Source: Thermoplasmatota archaeon (GTDB lineage Archaea > Thermoplasmatota > Penumbrarchaeia > Penumbrarchaeales > Penumbrarchaeaceae). From it: a stretch of 45,690 bases of DNA. A program made the position numbers and the translations under genes. Positions 20,475 to 28,825 of the stretch are shown in pieces; positions within the stretch are counted from its first letter, which is position 1; every line of letters starts with the position of its first letter. The notes beneath the pieces are model-generated. The model was not told the DNA's origin. It saw only the letters and a program-made list of their open reading frames with translations, and ran no database searches. Location: assembly GCA_965234725.1 (NCBI GenBank), contig CBDDUX010000045.1, forward strand, positions 1 to 45,690. Reading direction: 5' to 3'.

Positions 20475-21843
20475 CCGTGTAGAGCATCCTGTAGTATTTT
20501 TTCTTTAACCCCATCTTCTCATAAAGTTTGATGGCTCTCTTGTTATCTACCTCCACATGGAGTGAAAGTGATCCCTCTGAAAGCTCGATCGCTTTTTCCA
20601 TCAACTGTGTTGCGATACCCATTCCTTTCAGGTTCTTCTTCGTTGCAATGTAGGATAGATGATAACGAGGGAAGAACACATCCCAGTTTGAGTGTGAAAG
20701 GACTACAATACCCACCATGGCACCATCCTTGAAGGCACAGATCACATGCCCTTTTTCGAAAGCGTTGTCTGTTGCTTCCATTATCTCTTCCTGTGGATCC
20801 GTGAATTGTATGAGCCAATCGTCCAGGATATCCAGGAACTCCCTGTAATCCATATCCAGGTCCTTCTTCCTGACCTCTCTTATGTCAAGACCGATCCGTC
20901 CGTCATTGAGGATCAACACATGATTTCCTTTTTCAATAAGGCCCTCCTTTGTGGCTTTGATCAAGGCAGCGATAGGATATGAGTTCTGGACAGTGAACCT
21001 GAGCCTATCCCTCTTACGGAAATATCTTGTACTTTCCTTGAGCTCATCATCCGATATACCTATTGCCGCACCATTGGTATCGAAAATGGCATTCAATGCA
21101 TCCTGACCGTTGTAACAATCCCAGTTGAGTGTTGCCCTGTTGTATCTGGAAGGAGACAGTTCTTCAGGATCGAGAGTGATTATATCCCTGCTTCCCCTCT
21201 TAAAGGATTCCACTATGGCATTTCCCAAAGAAGTACCGGTGGAGAATATCCTTGGTATCTTCTGGATATCCTCGTTCACCCATAATTGCTTGAATCCCAG
21301 ATGAAGACCGGAAATGGATGATCCGCTGGATGTCTGACAGAATATCGTATCTACGGGTCCATCCATCTGCTGGTTCAACTCTCTTGCAATATATGAGAAA
21401 GAATACATGTTTATCATATTGTTAGCAAGACCTGGGTTGGCATCATACCATCCATTTTCCCTGGAAACAATTCTACTTTCTTTAACACAGTCCTCATAGG
21501 TACTTCCATATTCGATGATCCTGACATTCTCATTCTCCATGAGGTCCTTTCTCAGGACCTTGCTCTTCTTGGGAACATAGAAGATGCATTTCACGGGAAA
21601 CTCTCTTGTTAAAAAAGAAAGAGAACCTCCCATGGTCCCGTAGGTTCCCAGGCAAATTGTATCCTTTCCTCTGGACAAGGCATCTCTCATCATTAGATAT
21701 GCCATCCTGTCCTCCCTGTGTCCTGAGGGGTTGTTGCCTTCCAGTTTGAGATATATGTTCCCGATCCCAAGGTCCTTCTCAAGCCCTTTAGCTCTGATTA
21801 TAGGTGTCCTGCCGACCCTGTTCTTCATCAGATCATTGTTCAT
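20464..21843 (-). CDS. Threonine synthase-like (fold type II PLP) domain fused to a C-terminal GNAT acetyltransferase; PLP lysine replaced by Glu
   Basis: VGRTPIIRA, YLKLEGNNPSGHREDR (canonical GSFKDR), WYDANPG, QTSSGSSISG; C-terminal YIAT...KGMGIATQLM...LHVEVDNKRAIKLYEKMG. Confidence 0.85.
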   Translation of the reverse strand: MNNDLMKNRVGRTPIIRAKGLEKDLGIGNIYLKLEGNNPSGHREDRMAYLMMRDALSRGKDTICLGTYGTMGGSLSFLTREFPVKCIFYVPKKSKVLRKDLMENENVRIIEYGSTYEDCVKESRIVSRENGWYDANPGLANNMINMYSFSYIARELNQQMDGPVDTIFCQTSSGSSISGLHLGFKQLWVNEDIQKIPRIFSTGTSLGNAIVESFKRGSRDIITLDPEELSPSRYNRATLNWDCYNGQDALNAIFDTNGAAIGISDDELKESTRYFRKRDRLRFTVQNSYPIAALIKATKEGLIEKGNHVLILNDGRIGLDIREVRKKDLDMDYREFLDILDDWLIQFTDPQEEIMEATDNAFEKGHVICAFKDGAMVGIVVLSHSNWDVFFPRYHLSYIATKKNLKGMGIATQLMEKAIELSEGSLSLHVEVDNKRAIKLYEKMGLKKKYYRMLYTGGD

Positions 21844-22210
21844 TTAGATCAAATCCGTATAACGTGAGGGCCTTAATACGAAAAATCCTCATATCACTCC
21901 ATCTACATATGGTATTATAAAAACATTATTGAAGATGTGATTTTAATTTTTTAAAAATTATTTATTATATTATTGATATTTCATTAAATATGAACATATT
22001 AATTGAAATCGGACGGATTACCCTGAACAAAGTAAATAAGACCTATCCCAATCATTCAAATTACTAGACTACCAAAAGATAAGTGTAAAATCATATTAAA
22101 GGAAAAATAATTATATAAAATTAGACAATATCATTAAATTAGGTTAATAAAATTATTCGAAAGAAAATACAATGGAATGGAATATATTGAGAAAAAGGAG
22201 ATGATAGGAG

Positions 22211-22363
22211 TTGAATGAAACACTCGAGACACCATGTTCCAGATGTGGAAAATATACCCTTATCCGTAAGGACCTGAAAAACGGCAGGTATACCATTGTC
22301 TGCACTTCTTGCGGATTATCAAGAGGAGAGCTGCCACCTGATGAGAAGAAAGGAGTTGTTTGA
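22211..22363 (+). CDS. Zinc-ribbon microprotein, 50 aa (not in ORF track)
   Basis: Manual translation from TTG at 22211 after GGAGATGA: MNETLETPCSRCGKYTLIRKDLKNGRYTIVCTSCGLSRGELPPDEKKGVV; CxxC-x18-CxxC. Confidence 0.65.
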   Translation: MNETLETPCSRCGKYTLIRKDLKNGRYTIVCTSCGLSRGELPPDEKKGVV

Positions 22364-22541
22364 ATTGTTCGATAAGGCCGATATTGAAAATATTGGAAAT
22401 GAATATGAAAGGGGGCTCCGAATGTCAGGACCCGGAATTGATAACCATATGGTAATGGCCCTAAGGACCTCATTCGAACTCGGCATCATGACAGCCCTCA
22501 AGATGGTAGAGGACCGTGTCCAATTGAAAGATACTCAATGA
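22341..22541 (+). CDS. Small helical hypothetical protein (66 aa)
   Basis: ATG at 22341 preceded by GAGGAG; overlaps the end of the zinc-ribbon ORF; MRRKELFELFDKADIE...SFELGIMTALKMVEDRVQLKDTQ. Confidence 0.5.
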   Translation: MRRKELFELFDKADIENIGNEYERGLRMSGPGIDNHMVMALRTSFELGIMTALKMVEDRVQLKDTQ

Positions 22542-22605
22542 TCGTACACTTTCAGGTGTATACCTTCATTGACGCTAATTTTATAGATAGATTAGTTCGA
22601 TCCTT

Positions 22606-23730
22606 TCATTTGAGGGGCGGAGAACATGGTGTAATCCACTTGTCCAGGGTAGTCTGAAGTGAAGAAGAGATGCCATTTTCCTCGAATTCAAGATTTGAAA
22701 TGGATATCCCAAGAAGACGGATGCTCCTTTGACCTGCATCGGTCCTTCTCAGTAGTTCGGTCACGCTTTCGGTTATCATTTGAGAGGATCTAATCGGGAA
22801 GGGCAGTGTGGCAGATCTTGTTATCCTTGAATGGTCCGAATATTTCAATCTCAGGGAAATTGTCCTCCCTGATATTCCCCTTTTTTCCATGGAAGATTCC
22901 AACATGTCAGCAATGGAGAGCAATCTCTCGTTCATATCCTTCAGATCACTGGTATCTTCATGAAGGGTCCTCTCCTTACCAATTGATCTCCTCTCATGAT
23001 GAGTGGAAACAGGAGGGTCATAGAGATTGTTGACTATATCATGGAAATAAACTCCTGCCCTTCCGAAGATGGATACCAGTTCTGCTTTGGAATATTTCTT
23101 CAGATCGCTTCCTTTCAGTATTCCGTTCTCTATCATCCTTTTTTCAGTGGCCTCCCCTACACCGTGGAATTTCCTAATGGGTAGATCGTTCAGGAAATCG
23201 TCGGCTTCCTCCGGAGAGATAACCTTGATCCCATTGGGTTTGTTGATTCCGGATCCAACCTTGGCAAGGAATTTATTGAACGAGATCCCGGCGGAAGCGT
23301 TCAAACGGGTCACATCCTTTATCCTTTGAAGGATCCTCTTTGTGATCTTAATGGGGTCTTCTCCGTCTTTCACCTGGGTAGAGATATCCAAATAGGCTTC
23401 GTCAAGGGACATAGGTTCCACAATTGGAGTGAACTCTGAAAAAATGGCCATAATATTCCTGGAAGCGTCCCTATAGGCATTGAAATGCGGGTGGATGAAC
23501 ACAGCTCCCGGACATAGTCGGTGAGCATGTGAACATGGCATCGCAGAATGGACACCAAATCTTCTTGCCTCATATGAAGCGGAAGTGACAACTCCCCGCC
23601 CTCTTGGATCACCACCAACAATAACAGGGAGACCTCTGAGCTGTGGATTATCTCTCTGTTCCACCGAAGCATAGAAGGCATCCATATCAACATGGGTGAT
23701 GTAGCTTTTCCAGAGAGATCCATTTCCCAT
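22606..23730 (-). CDS. dinB: DNA polymerase IV (Y-family, DinB)
   Basis: HVDMDAFYASVEQRDNP, ASYEARRFGVHSAMP, SLDEAYLD, NKFLAK...NKPNG, little-finger RLLGISIS. Confidence 0.96.
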   Translation of the reverse strand: MGNGSLWKSYITHVDMDAFYASVEQRDNPQLRGLPVIVGGDPRGRGVVTSASYEARRFGVHSAMPCSHAHRLCPGAVFIHPHFNAYRDASRNIMAIFSEFTPIVEPMSLDEAYLDISTQVKDGEDPIKITKRILQRIKDVTRLNASAGISFNKFLAKVGSGINKPNGIKVISPEEADDFLNDLPIRKFHGVGEATEKRMIENGILKGSDLKKYSKAELVSIFGRAGVYFHDIVNNLYDPPVSTHHERRSIGKERTLHEDTSDLKDMNERLLSIADMLESSMEKRGISGRTISLRLKYSDHSRITRSATLPFPIRSSQMITESVTELLRRTDAGQRSIRLLGISISNLEFEENGISSSLQTTLDKWITPCSPPLK

Positions 23731-23869
23731 TATCTTCTACCAGTGGATCATTATCAGCATCTCCTTAATAAGTTCAGGTTTGGGGGGTGAGGTGAACTTG
23801 GAATTCAAACCTTTACTAATACTAGTTTGAGGTTGTCAAAAAAGGTGGCTCTTTACCTCAGGATGAGAA

Positions 23870-24358
23870 TTATTTAGGATGCTTGCATACAGCAACCAAG
23901 GCCTTGTCCTTTACCTTAATCTCCTTGATGTTGGCTTTACTTAGGAATATCATATCATGATGAGCATTAGCATGGAATTGATCATCCACCTGGAAGGCAT
24001 GTACTATTAGTTTACTATCACCATGGATGACATCCAATTTATCTCCGTTCCTCAGGTTTAAGTAATCCATTAAAAACCCGGGGAGAAGTGCATTGTCCTT
24101 GACTCCGAAGGATTCGCTGTTAACATGGACCTTCTTTGTTCTCATATAATCATCAGCGATCATCGAGTCGATGGAATCCAGCTTTTCGAAGATCTTCACC
24201 TTGATCTCATGTTCAGTGATCCCCTGGTGTTTTTCCACATCGCCTGCTATCTGCTTTGCGGTCTTATGGTCCAGACCAACAGCCTCTAGCGAACCTATAA
24301 TGTTGGATCGACTGAATTTCTCTTCAGTTCCATCTTCCAGTCTAACTTTGATTGTCAT
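23870..24358 (-). CDS. ATP-cone domain protein with a probable C-terminal double-psi beta-barrel
   Basis: N-terminal IKVRLEDGTEEKFSRSNIIGSL...ITEHEIKVKIFEKL is ATP-cone-like; two half repeats (LMDYLNLRNGDKLDV, NIKEIKVKDKALVAV). ATG at 24358 after GGGGTGA. Confidence 0.65.
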   Translation of the reverse strand: MTIKVRLEDGTEEKFSRSNIIGSLEAVGLDHKTAKQIAGDVEKHQGITEHEIKVKIFEKLDSIDSMIADDYMRTKKVHVNSESFGVKDNALLPGFLMDYLNLRNGDKLDVIHGDSKLIVHAFQVDDQFHANAHHDMIFLSKANIKEIKVKDKALVAVCKHPK

Positions 24359-24607
24359 TTGAATCACCCCAAATAATTGTGGATGGGACTCTCCACCAAT
24401 GATGTATATGGGGGAGAGGAGTATTAATCACTTCTTAAATCGGGGTTATCAGAACTATAATTATGTAGCAAATAATTAAATGATACTCAACAAATATCTA
24501 TTGACACATAAGGAATATAACATTTGGCAATAAAAACAAGAAATAATGATTAAGGGTCCCATTAATAATAACAAAACTATAAAGAAAAAAGATAATTAGG
24601 AGATCAT

Positions 24608-25129
24608 ATGAGAACTGTTCCTGTCCTTACATACTATCTCGAGATGACAGAGAGACCTGTCATCTTTCCTGAGGACCCTCCGGAGGGCCTAAGTTTAACG
24701 AAAGTTGACAATATTTCCCTGAAAGAATACAGGGACCTGTACGTTTCAGTTGGGGGACCTTATAGATGGTATGATAGGGTCCTGATGGACGATGAGGAAC
24801 TACTATCGATCATTGAGGACCCCGGCACAGAGATCCACGTCCTTCGGATCGGGGGGAAAACTTCCGGATACTTCGAAATTGACACGAGAGATCCAGAAGA
24901 TGTGGAGATAGTTTTTCTTGGGATTGTGCAGAAACACATTGGCAAAGGTTATGGTAAGTATCTTCTTGGTAGATGTCTCTCATTGGCCTGGAAAGAGAAT
25001 ACTCGAAGGGTATGGTTGCATACCTGCGAATGGGATCATGAGGGAGCATTGCCCATGTATGAAAAAGCAGGATTCACATTATTCAAGAAGGACTATCATG
25101 ATCAGAAGATCCCCGATCATCATGACTAA
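24608..25129 (+). CDS. GNAT family N-acetyltransferase
   Basis: FLGIVQKHIGKGYGKYLL, RVWLHTCEWDHEGALPMYEKAGF. Confidence 0.9.
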   Translation: MRTVPVLTYYLEMTERPVIFPEDPPEGLSLTKVDNISLKEYRDLYVSVGGPYRWYDRVLMDDEELLSIIEDPGTEIHVLRIGGKTSGYFEIDTRDPEDVEIVFLGIVQKHIGKGYGKYLLGRCLSLAWKENTRRVWLHTCEWDHEGALPMYEKAGFTLFKKDYHDQKIPDHHD

Positions 25130-25183
25130 GATCGAACTGATATCAGACAGGATTTTATCTGACTTATACGGTACCATGGTCCA

Positions 25184-25675
25184 ATGGACCTGGGAGAAGG
25201 ATTCGAATTGTGTAATATATTGGAGCCAGGAGATATCGGTCAATTGATACACATACAGAGCAAATACTATTTCCAGGAGTTCGGATACGGCATCGAGTTC
25301 GAAGCCTACATATCCAAATTATTCTCCGTATATATCGATCGGAACAATGAACGAGAGGACCTTTGGATACTTCAAAAGGATGGAAAGAACATAGGATCGG
25401 TTGGAATTTTTCAGGAGGATGAAGAAACTGCTAGACTCAGACTCCTTTTCGTTCATCCTGAATTCAGAGGACATGGATTGGGTGCTAAAATGGTTGACCT
25501 TGCACTCAAGTTTGCTAGAGAGAAGGATTATTCCTCTGTTGTCCTGATGACTGAGGATATTCTATACGATGCTGCAAAGATCTACGAGAAAACGGGATTC
25601 GAGGTTGTGGAAAGTGCCACGACCAATATGTGGGGGATTGATTGTCAGCTTCAGACCCTTAGGAAGGTCCTTTGA
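25184..25675 (+). CDS. GNAT family N-acetyltransferase
   Basis: ARLRLLFVHPEFRGHGLG, AAKIYEKTGF. Confidence 0.9.
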   Translation: MDLGEGFELCNILEPGDIGQLIHIQSKYYFQEFGYGIEFEAYISKLFSVYIDRNNEREDLWILQKDGKNIGSVGIFQEDEETARLRLLFVHPEFRGHGLGAKMVDLALKFAREKDYSSVVLMTEDILYDAAKIYEKTGFEVVESATTNMWGIDCQLQTLRKVL

Positions 25676-25731
25676 ACAATGAAACATAATTAGAAGATAT
25701 CCCATTAGAATCCAAGACCGGGAGGGGCCTC

Positions 25732-25932
25732 ATGCAATTAAAATTGAAGATGAAATGTCCGCTATGCGGATCCGAGAATGGATTGAAGGTGTACGAATAT
25801 AACGAGAACCATGTCAAGCAGGTTGCGGAAATTTCAGGTCAATGCATCAGCTGCCCACTTGAATACGGTTTCACAATCAAAGGACCTGTCAATACAGAGA
25901 AATTGAGGGAACTAGTCTACGCCGATGAATGA
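25732..25932 (+). CDS. Small CPxCG zinc-ribbon protein (66 aa)
   Basis: RBS GGGAGGGG; CPLCG...CISC. Confidence 0.7.
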   Translation: MQLKLKMKCPLCGSENGLKVYEYNENHVKQVAEISGQCISCPLEYGFTIKGPVNTEKLRELVYADE

Positions 25933-26063
25933 TCCGATAAAATCTCATGGTCGCTAAAGCAAAAAAGATCGATATTCTTGAAAGATCCATGACCATAGGG
26001 GAAATTTACCGACCAAATCTGTTTTATATCATACATATCCAATATTAGCAAGCTGGGAACTCC

Positions 26064-27161
26064 ATGAACACTTATCTTGATATTTCGATCGACTCGTCTC
26101 TTTGGCTGATCTCCCTAGCAGGGTCCTTACTGCTTACGGTATTCACATTCCTTCTGATAATGTTTATAACAAATATCATACAAGGAAAGAAGAAAGGAAT
26201 TGTCTACCTTTTCCTAAGGATCGAAAAATGGCCCATATCAACAATTTTTGGTCTTTTCTTTTTATACTTAACCTTTCCTTTCAGCGAGTATACTGACGAA
26301 GACCTCTATCGGAGAGCCGTAATAATTGGGTTAATTATCGGATTCACATGGTTTTCATCAAAGTTCATAAGTGTGATCAGAGAGATCGTAGTAAAGAAAT
26401 TCTCTATCGAGAAAGAGGATAACCTTCAGGAGAGGAAGGTAAGGACCCAGTTCCAGTATATACGGGCAATTCTCTCAATAATCATTGTTATCGTTGGCAT
26501 TGGCTTGATAATGTGGCAGTTCGATCAGTTGAGGGCTCTTAGCACCGGGATATTTGCATCTGCAGGTCTGATAACACTGGTCATAGCATTCGCCGCAAAT
26601 CAGACACTTTCCAATCTCATTGCAGGTTTCCAGATAGCATTTACCCAGCCATTCAGGATCGATGACGTTGTGATCGTCGAAGGAGAGTGGGGGCGTATCG
26701 AGGAGATCACATTGACATACATTGTTGTCCGTATATGGGACCAGAGGCGACTGGTCCTGCCTATCACATATTTCGTTAACAACCCTTTCCAGAACTGGAC
26801 GAGGACCAGCGCCGACATCATAGGAACTGTCTACCTCTATCTCGATTACACGGTTCCGGTAGAAAAGGTGAGGGAAGAACTTATGATAATTGTCGGTCAA
26901 AGTGAACTTTGGGATAAGAGAGTGGCAGTTCTCCAAGTCACGGATACCTCCGAGAAGACGATCACTTTACGAGCCCTTGTCAGTGCTGGAAACGCATCGG
27001 AAGCATGGGACCTTCGTTGTTTCGTCAGGGAGAAACTCGTGACCTACCTTCAAAATAACTTCCCCGAGTCACTGCCAAAGATCCGCCTGGAGGAAGGTAG
27101 TCTTTCGGTAAGAAACGAGAGGAACCCAGCAAAAACCTTGGATGCCGGGATGACCCATTAG
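26064..27161 (+). CDS. mscS: Small-conductance mechanosensitive channel
   Basis: N-terminal TM helices; QTLSNLIAGFQIAFTQPFRIDDVVIVEGEWGRIEEITLTY; FQNWTR. Confidence 0.92.
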   Translation: MNTYLDISIDSSLWLISLAGSLLLTVFTFLLIMFITNIIQGKKKGIVYLFLRIEKWPISTIFGLFFLYLTFPFSEYTDEDLYRRAVIIGLIIGFTWFSSKFISVIREIVVKKFSIEKEDNLQERKVRTQFQYIRAILSIIIVIVGIGLIMWQFDQLRALSTGIFASAGLITLVIAFAANQTLSNLIAGFQIAFTQPFRIDDVVIVEGEWGRIEEITLTYIVVRIWDQRRLVLPITYFVNNPFQNWTRTSADIIGTVYLYLDYTVPVEKVREELMIIVGQSELWDKRVAVLQVTDTSEKTITLRALVSAGNASEAWDLRCFVREKLVTYLQNNFPESLPKIRLEEGSLSVRNERNPAKTLDAGMTH

Positions 27162-27207
27162 AAAACGATTGAATAGGACCTCTTCCATCCATGCCGGAGG
27201 CTTGTCA

Positions 27208-27603
27208 ATGGCAAAAGGTACCTTCGGAACAGTGATCAACTGTATGGACGGGAGAACCCAATTACCTCTTAACCAGTGGATGAGGAAAGAGTTCGGTGTG
27301 GATTACGTGGATACCATCACGGAACCTGGTCCCAATGGCATACTGGCAAGAGGAGAAGATACTCTTGTAGAATCAATAAAGAAGAGAGTGGGGATCTCCG
27401 TCAATGGCCATGGTTCCCGGATCATTGTTCTTGTGGGTCACCACGACTGTGCAGGAAATCCTGGTACCAGAGATATGCAGGAAGAACATGTGATGAAGGG
27501 ACTGGAAACCCTTATCAGATGGGACCTGCCCGTGAGGGTCATCGGCGTGTGGGTGGGGGATGATTGGAAGGTTGAGGTCTTGTTCGACTCCGATAGTAAT
27601 TGA
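27208..27603 (+). CDS. Beta-class carbonic anhydrase-like protein
   Basis: Zinc ligands CMDGR and HHDC (CxD...HxxC). ATG at 27208 after GGAGG. Confidence 0.8.
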   Translation: MAKGTFGTVINCMDGRTQLPLNQWMRKEFGVDYVDTITEPGPNGILARGEDTLVESIKKRVGISVNGHGSRIIVLVGHHDCAGNPGTRDMQEEHVMKGLETLIRWDLPVRVIGVWVGDDWKVEVLFDSDSN

Positions 27604-27643
27604 GCCATGCTCTCCCTTATCTTTTACCCACCCAAGGAAAACC

Positions 27644-27748
27644 TTTTTATTCAATTGGTTTTGTCGAAAATTCCTAGATGGAACCCTGGGGACCTCTGAC
27701 ATCGGACATCGAGTTAGAGAGGGGACCTTTTTTTTGGGGGGTTTATTG
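27644..27748 (+). promoter_or_regulatory. carAB promoter and leader with hairpin and T8 run
   Basis: TATA-like tttttatt (~27644-27651); ctctgac/gttagag stem (27694-27719); T8 at 27728-27735. Confidence 0.35.
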
Positions 27749-28825
27749 ATGAATAACACGGATAAGAAGGAGGGCTACCTTGTACTTGAGGACGGGAGGA
27801 GGTTCGAGGGGCGATTGTTTGGCTCAAGAGAAGAATGCTCAGGAGAGGTGGTCTTCAACACTGGGATGGTTGGATATGTTGAAACCCTTACCGATCCATC
27901 CTATCACGGCGAGATCCTGACCTTCACCTATCCTCTGATCGGAAACTATGGTGTTCCCGATCCTTCCCGGTTCGAATCCGGAAGGATCCAGGTCAGAGGA
28001 GCTGTCGTTTCAACTGCGATCGAGTCCCACTCCCATTGGGAGAGTAAAGGTTCACTCGATCAATGGTTGAAAGAGAATGGAATCCCTGGAATATCCGGGA
28101 TAGATACAAGGGCACTTACAAAGCATCTCAGATCGAGAGGGACAATGCTGGGGAGGATAGTCCCGAAAGGTCTTCCTTTCAACGAGAATATTGAGGACCC
28201 AAACTCCCTGGACCTAGTCTCGGATGTGACCATAAATGAGGTCAAAACATACAAGGGAAATGGGCCGAGAATACTTCTGGTCGACTGCGGATCGAAAGAA
28301 AGCATAGTCCGGTCATTGTTGTCAAGGAACTGTACCGTCATCAGGGTTCCATACGACCATCCATTGGATGATATCGAATATGATGGCATTCTGATCTCCA
28401 ACGGTCCCGGAGATCCCCAAAGATGTACGGAGACGATCCGTAACATCAGAAAGTTGATAGAAGGTCCTGACCCACCCCCCATAGGAGGGATCTGTCTCGG
28501 AAACCAGATAATCGCCCTTTCTTCGGGAGCTACCACTTATAAGATGAAATTCGGCCACAGGTCCCAGAACCAACCCTGCATGGAATCCGAGAACAGTAGG
28601 TGCATAATAACGAGTCAGAACCATGGTTACGCAGTTGACCCGAGGTCCCTCCAAAATGGTTGGAAGGTCTGGTTCAAGAATCTCAATGATAACACGGTGG
28701 AAGGCATCAAACATGAAAAGCTCCCGTTCATGGCTGTCCAGTTCCACCCCGAAGCGAACCCTGGGCCAAAAGATCCTGAAGGTTTCTTCAACACATTCCT
28801 GGAGGTGGTATCCGATGGTTCATAA
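27749..28825 (+). CDS. carA: Carbamoyl-phosphate synthase small subunit
   Basis: GEVVFNTGMVGY, TYPLIGNYG, GIDTRALT, ISNGPGDP, GICLGNQ, SQNHGY, VQFHPEA. Start ATG at 27749. Confidence 0.96.
   Translation: MNNTDKKEGYLVLEDGRRFEGRLFGSREECSGEVVFNTGMVGYVETLTDPSYHGEILTFTYPLIGNYGVPDPSRFESGRIQVRGAVVSTAIESHSHWESKGSLDQWLKENGIPGISGIDTRALTKHLRSRGTMLGRIVPKGLPFNENIEDPNSLDLVSDVTINEVKTYKGNGPRILLVDCGSKESIVRSLLSRNCTVIRVPYDHPLDDIEYDGILISNGPGDPQRCTETIRNIRKLIEGPDPPPIGGICLGNQIIALSSGATTYKMKFGHRSQNQPCMESENSRCIITSQNHGYAVDPRSLQNGWKVWFKNLNDNTVEGIKHEKLPFMAVQFHPEANPGPKDPEGFFNTFLEVVSDGS

Noticed and set aside
21945-22010. AT-rich dyads (taattttt-t-aaaaatta; aatatg-aa-catatt) as operators
   Set aside because: Expected by chance in such AT-rich DNA and not repeated at other promoters in the window.
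25947-26048. 33-codon ORF MVAKAKKIDILERS... between the zinc-ribbon gene and mscS
   Set aside because: No RBS, runs through the likely mscS promoter and has no motif.
27560-28814. N-terminal extensions of carA (from 27560) and carB (from 28623)
   Set aside because: Conserved domains and RBSs indicate starts at 27749 and 28815.
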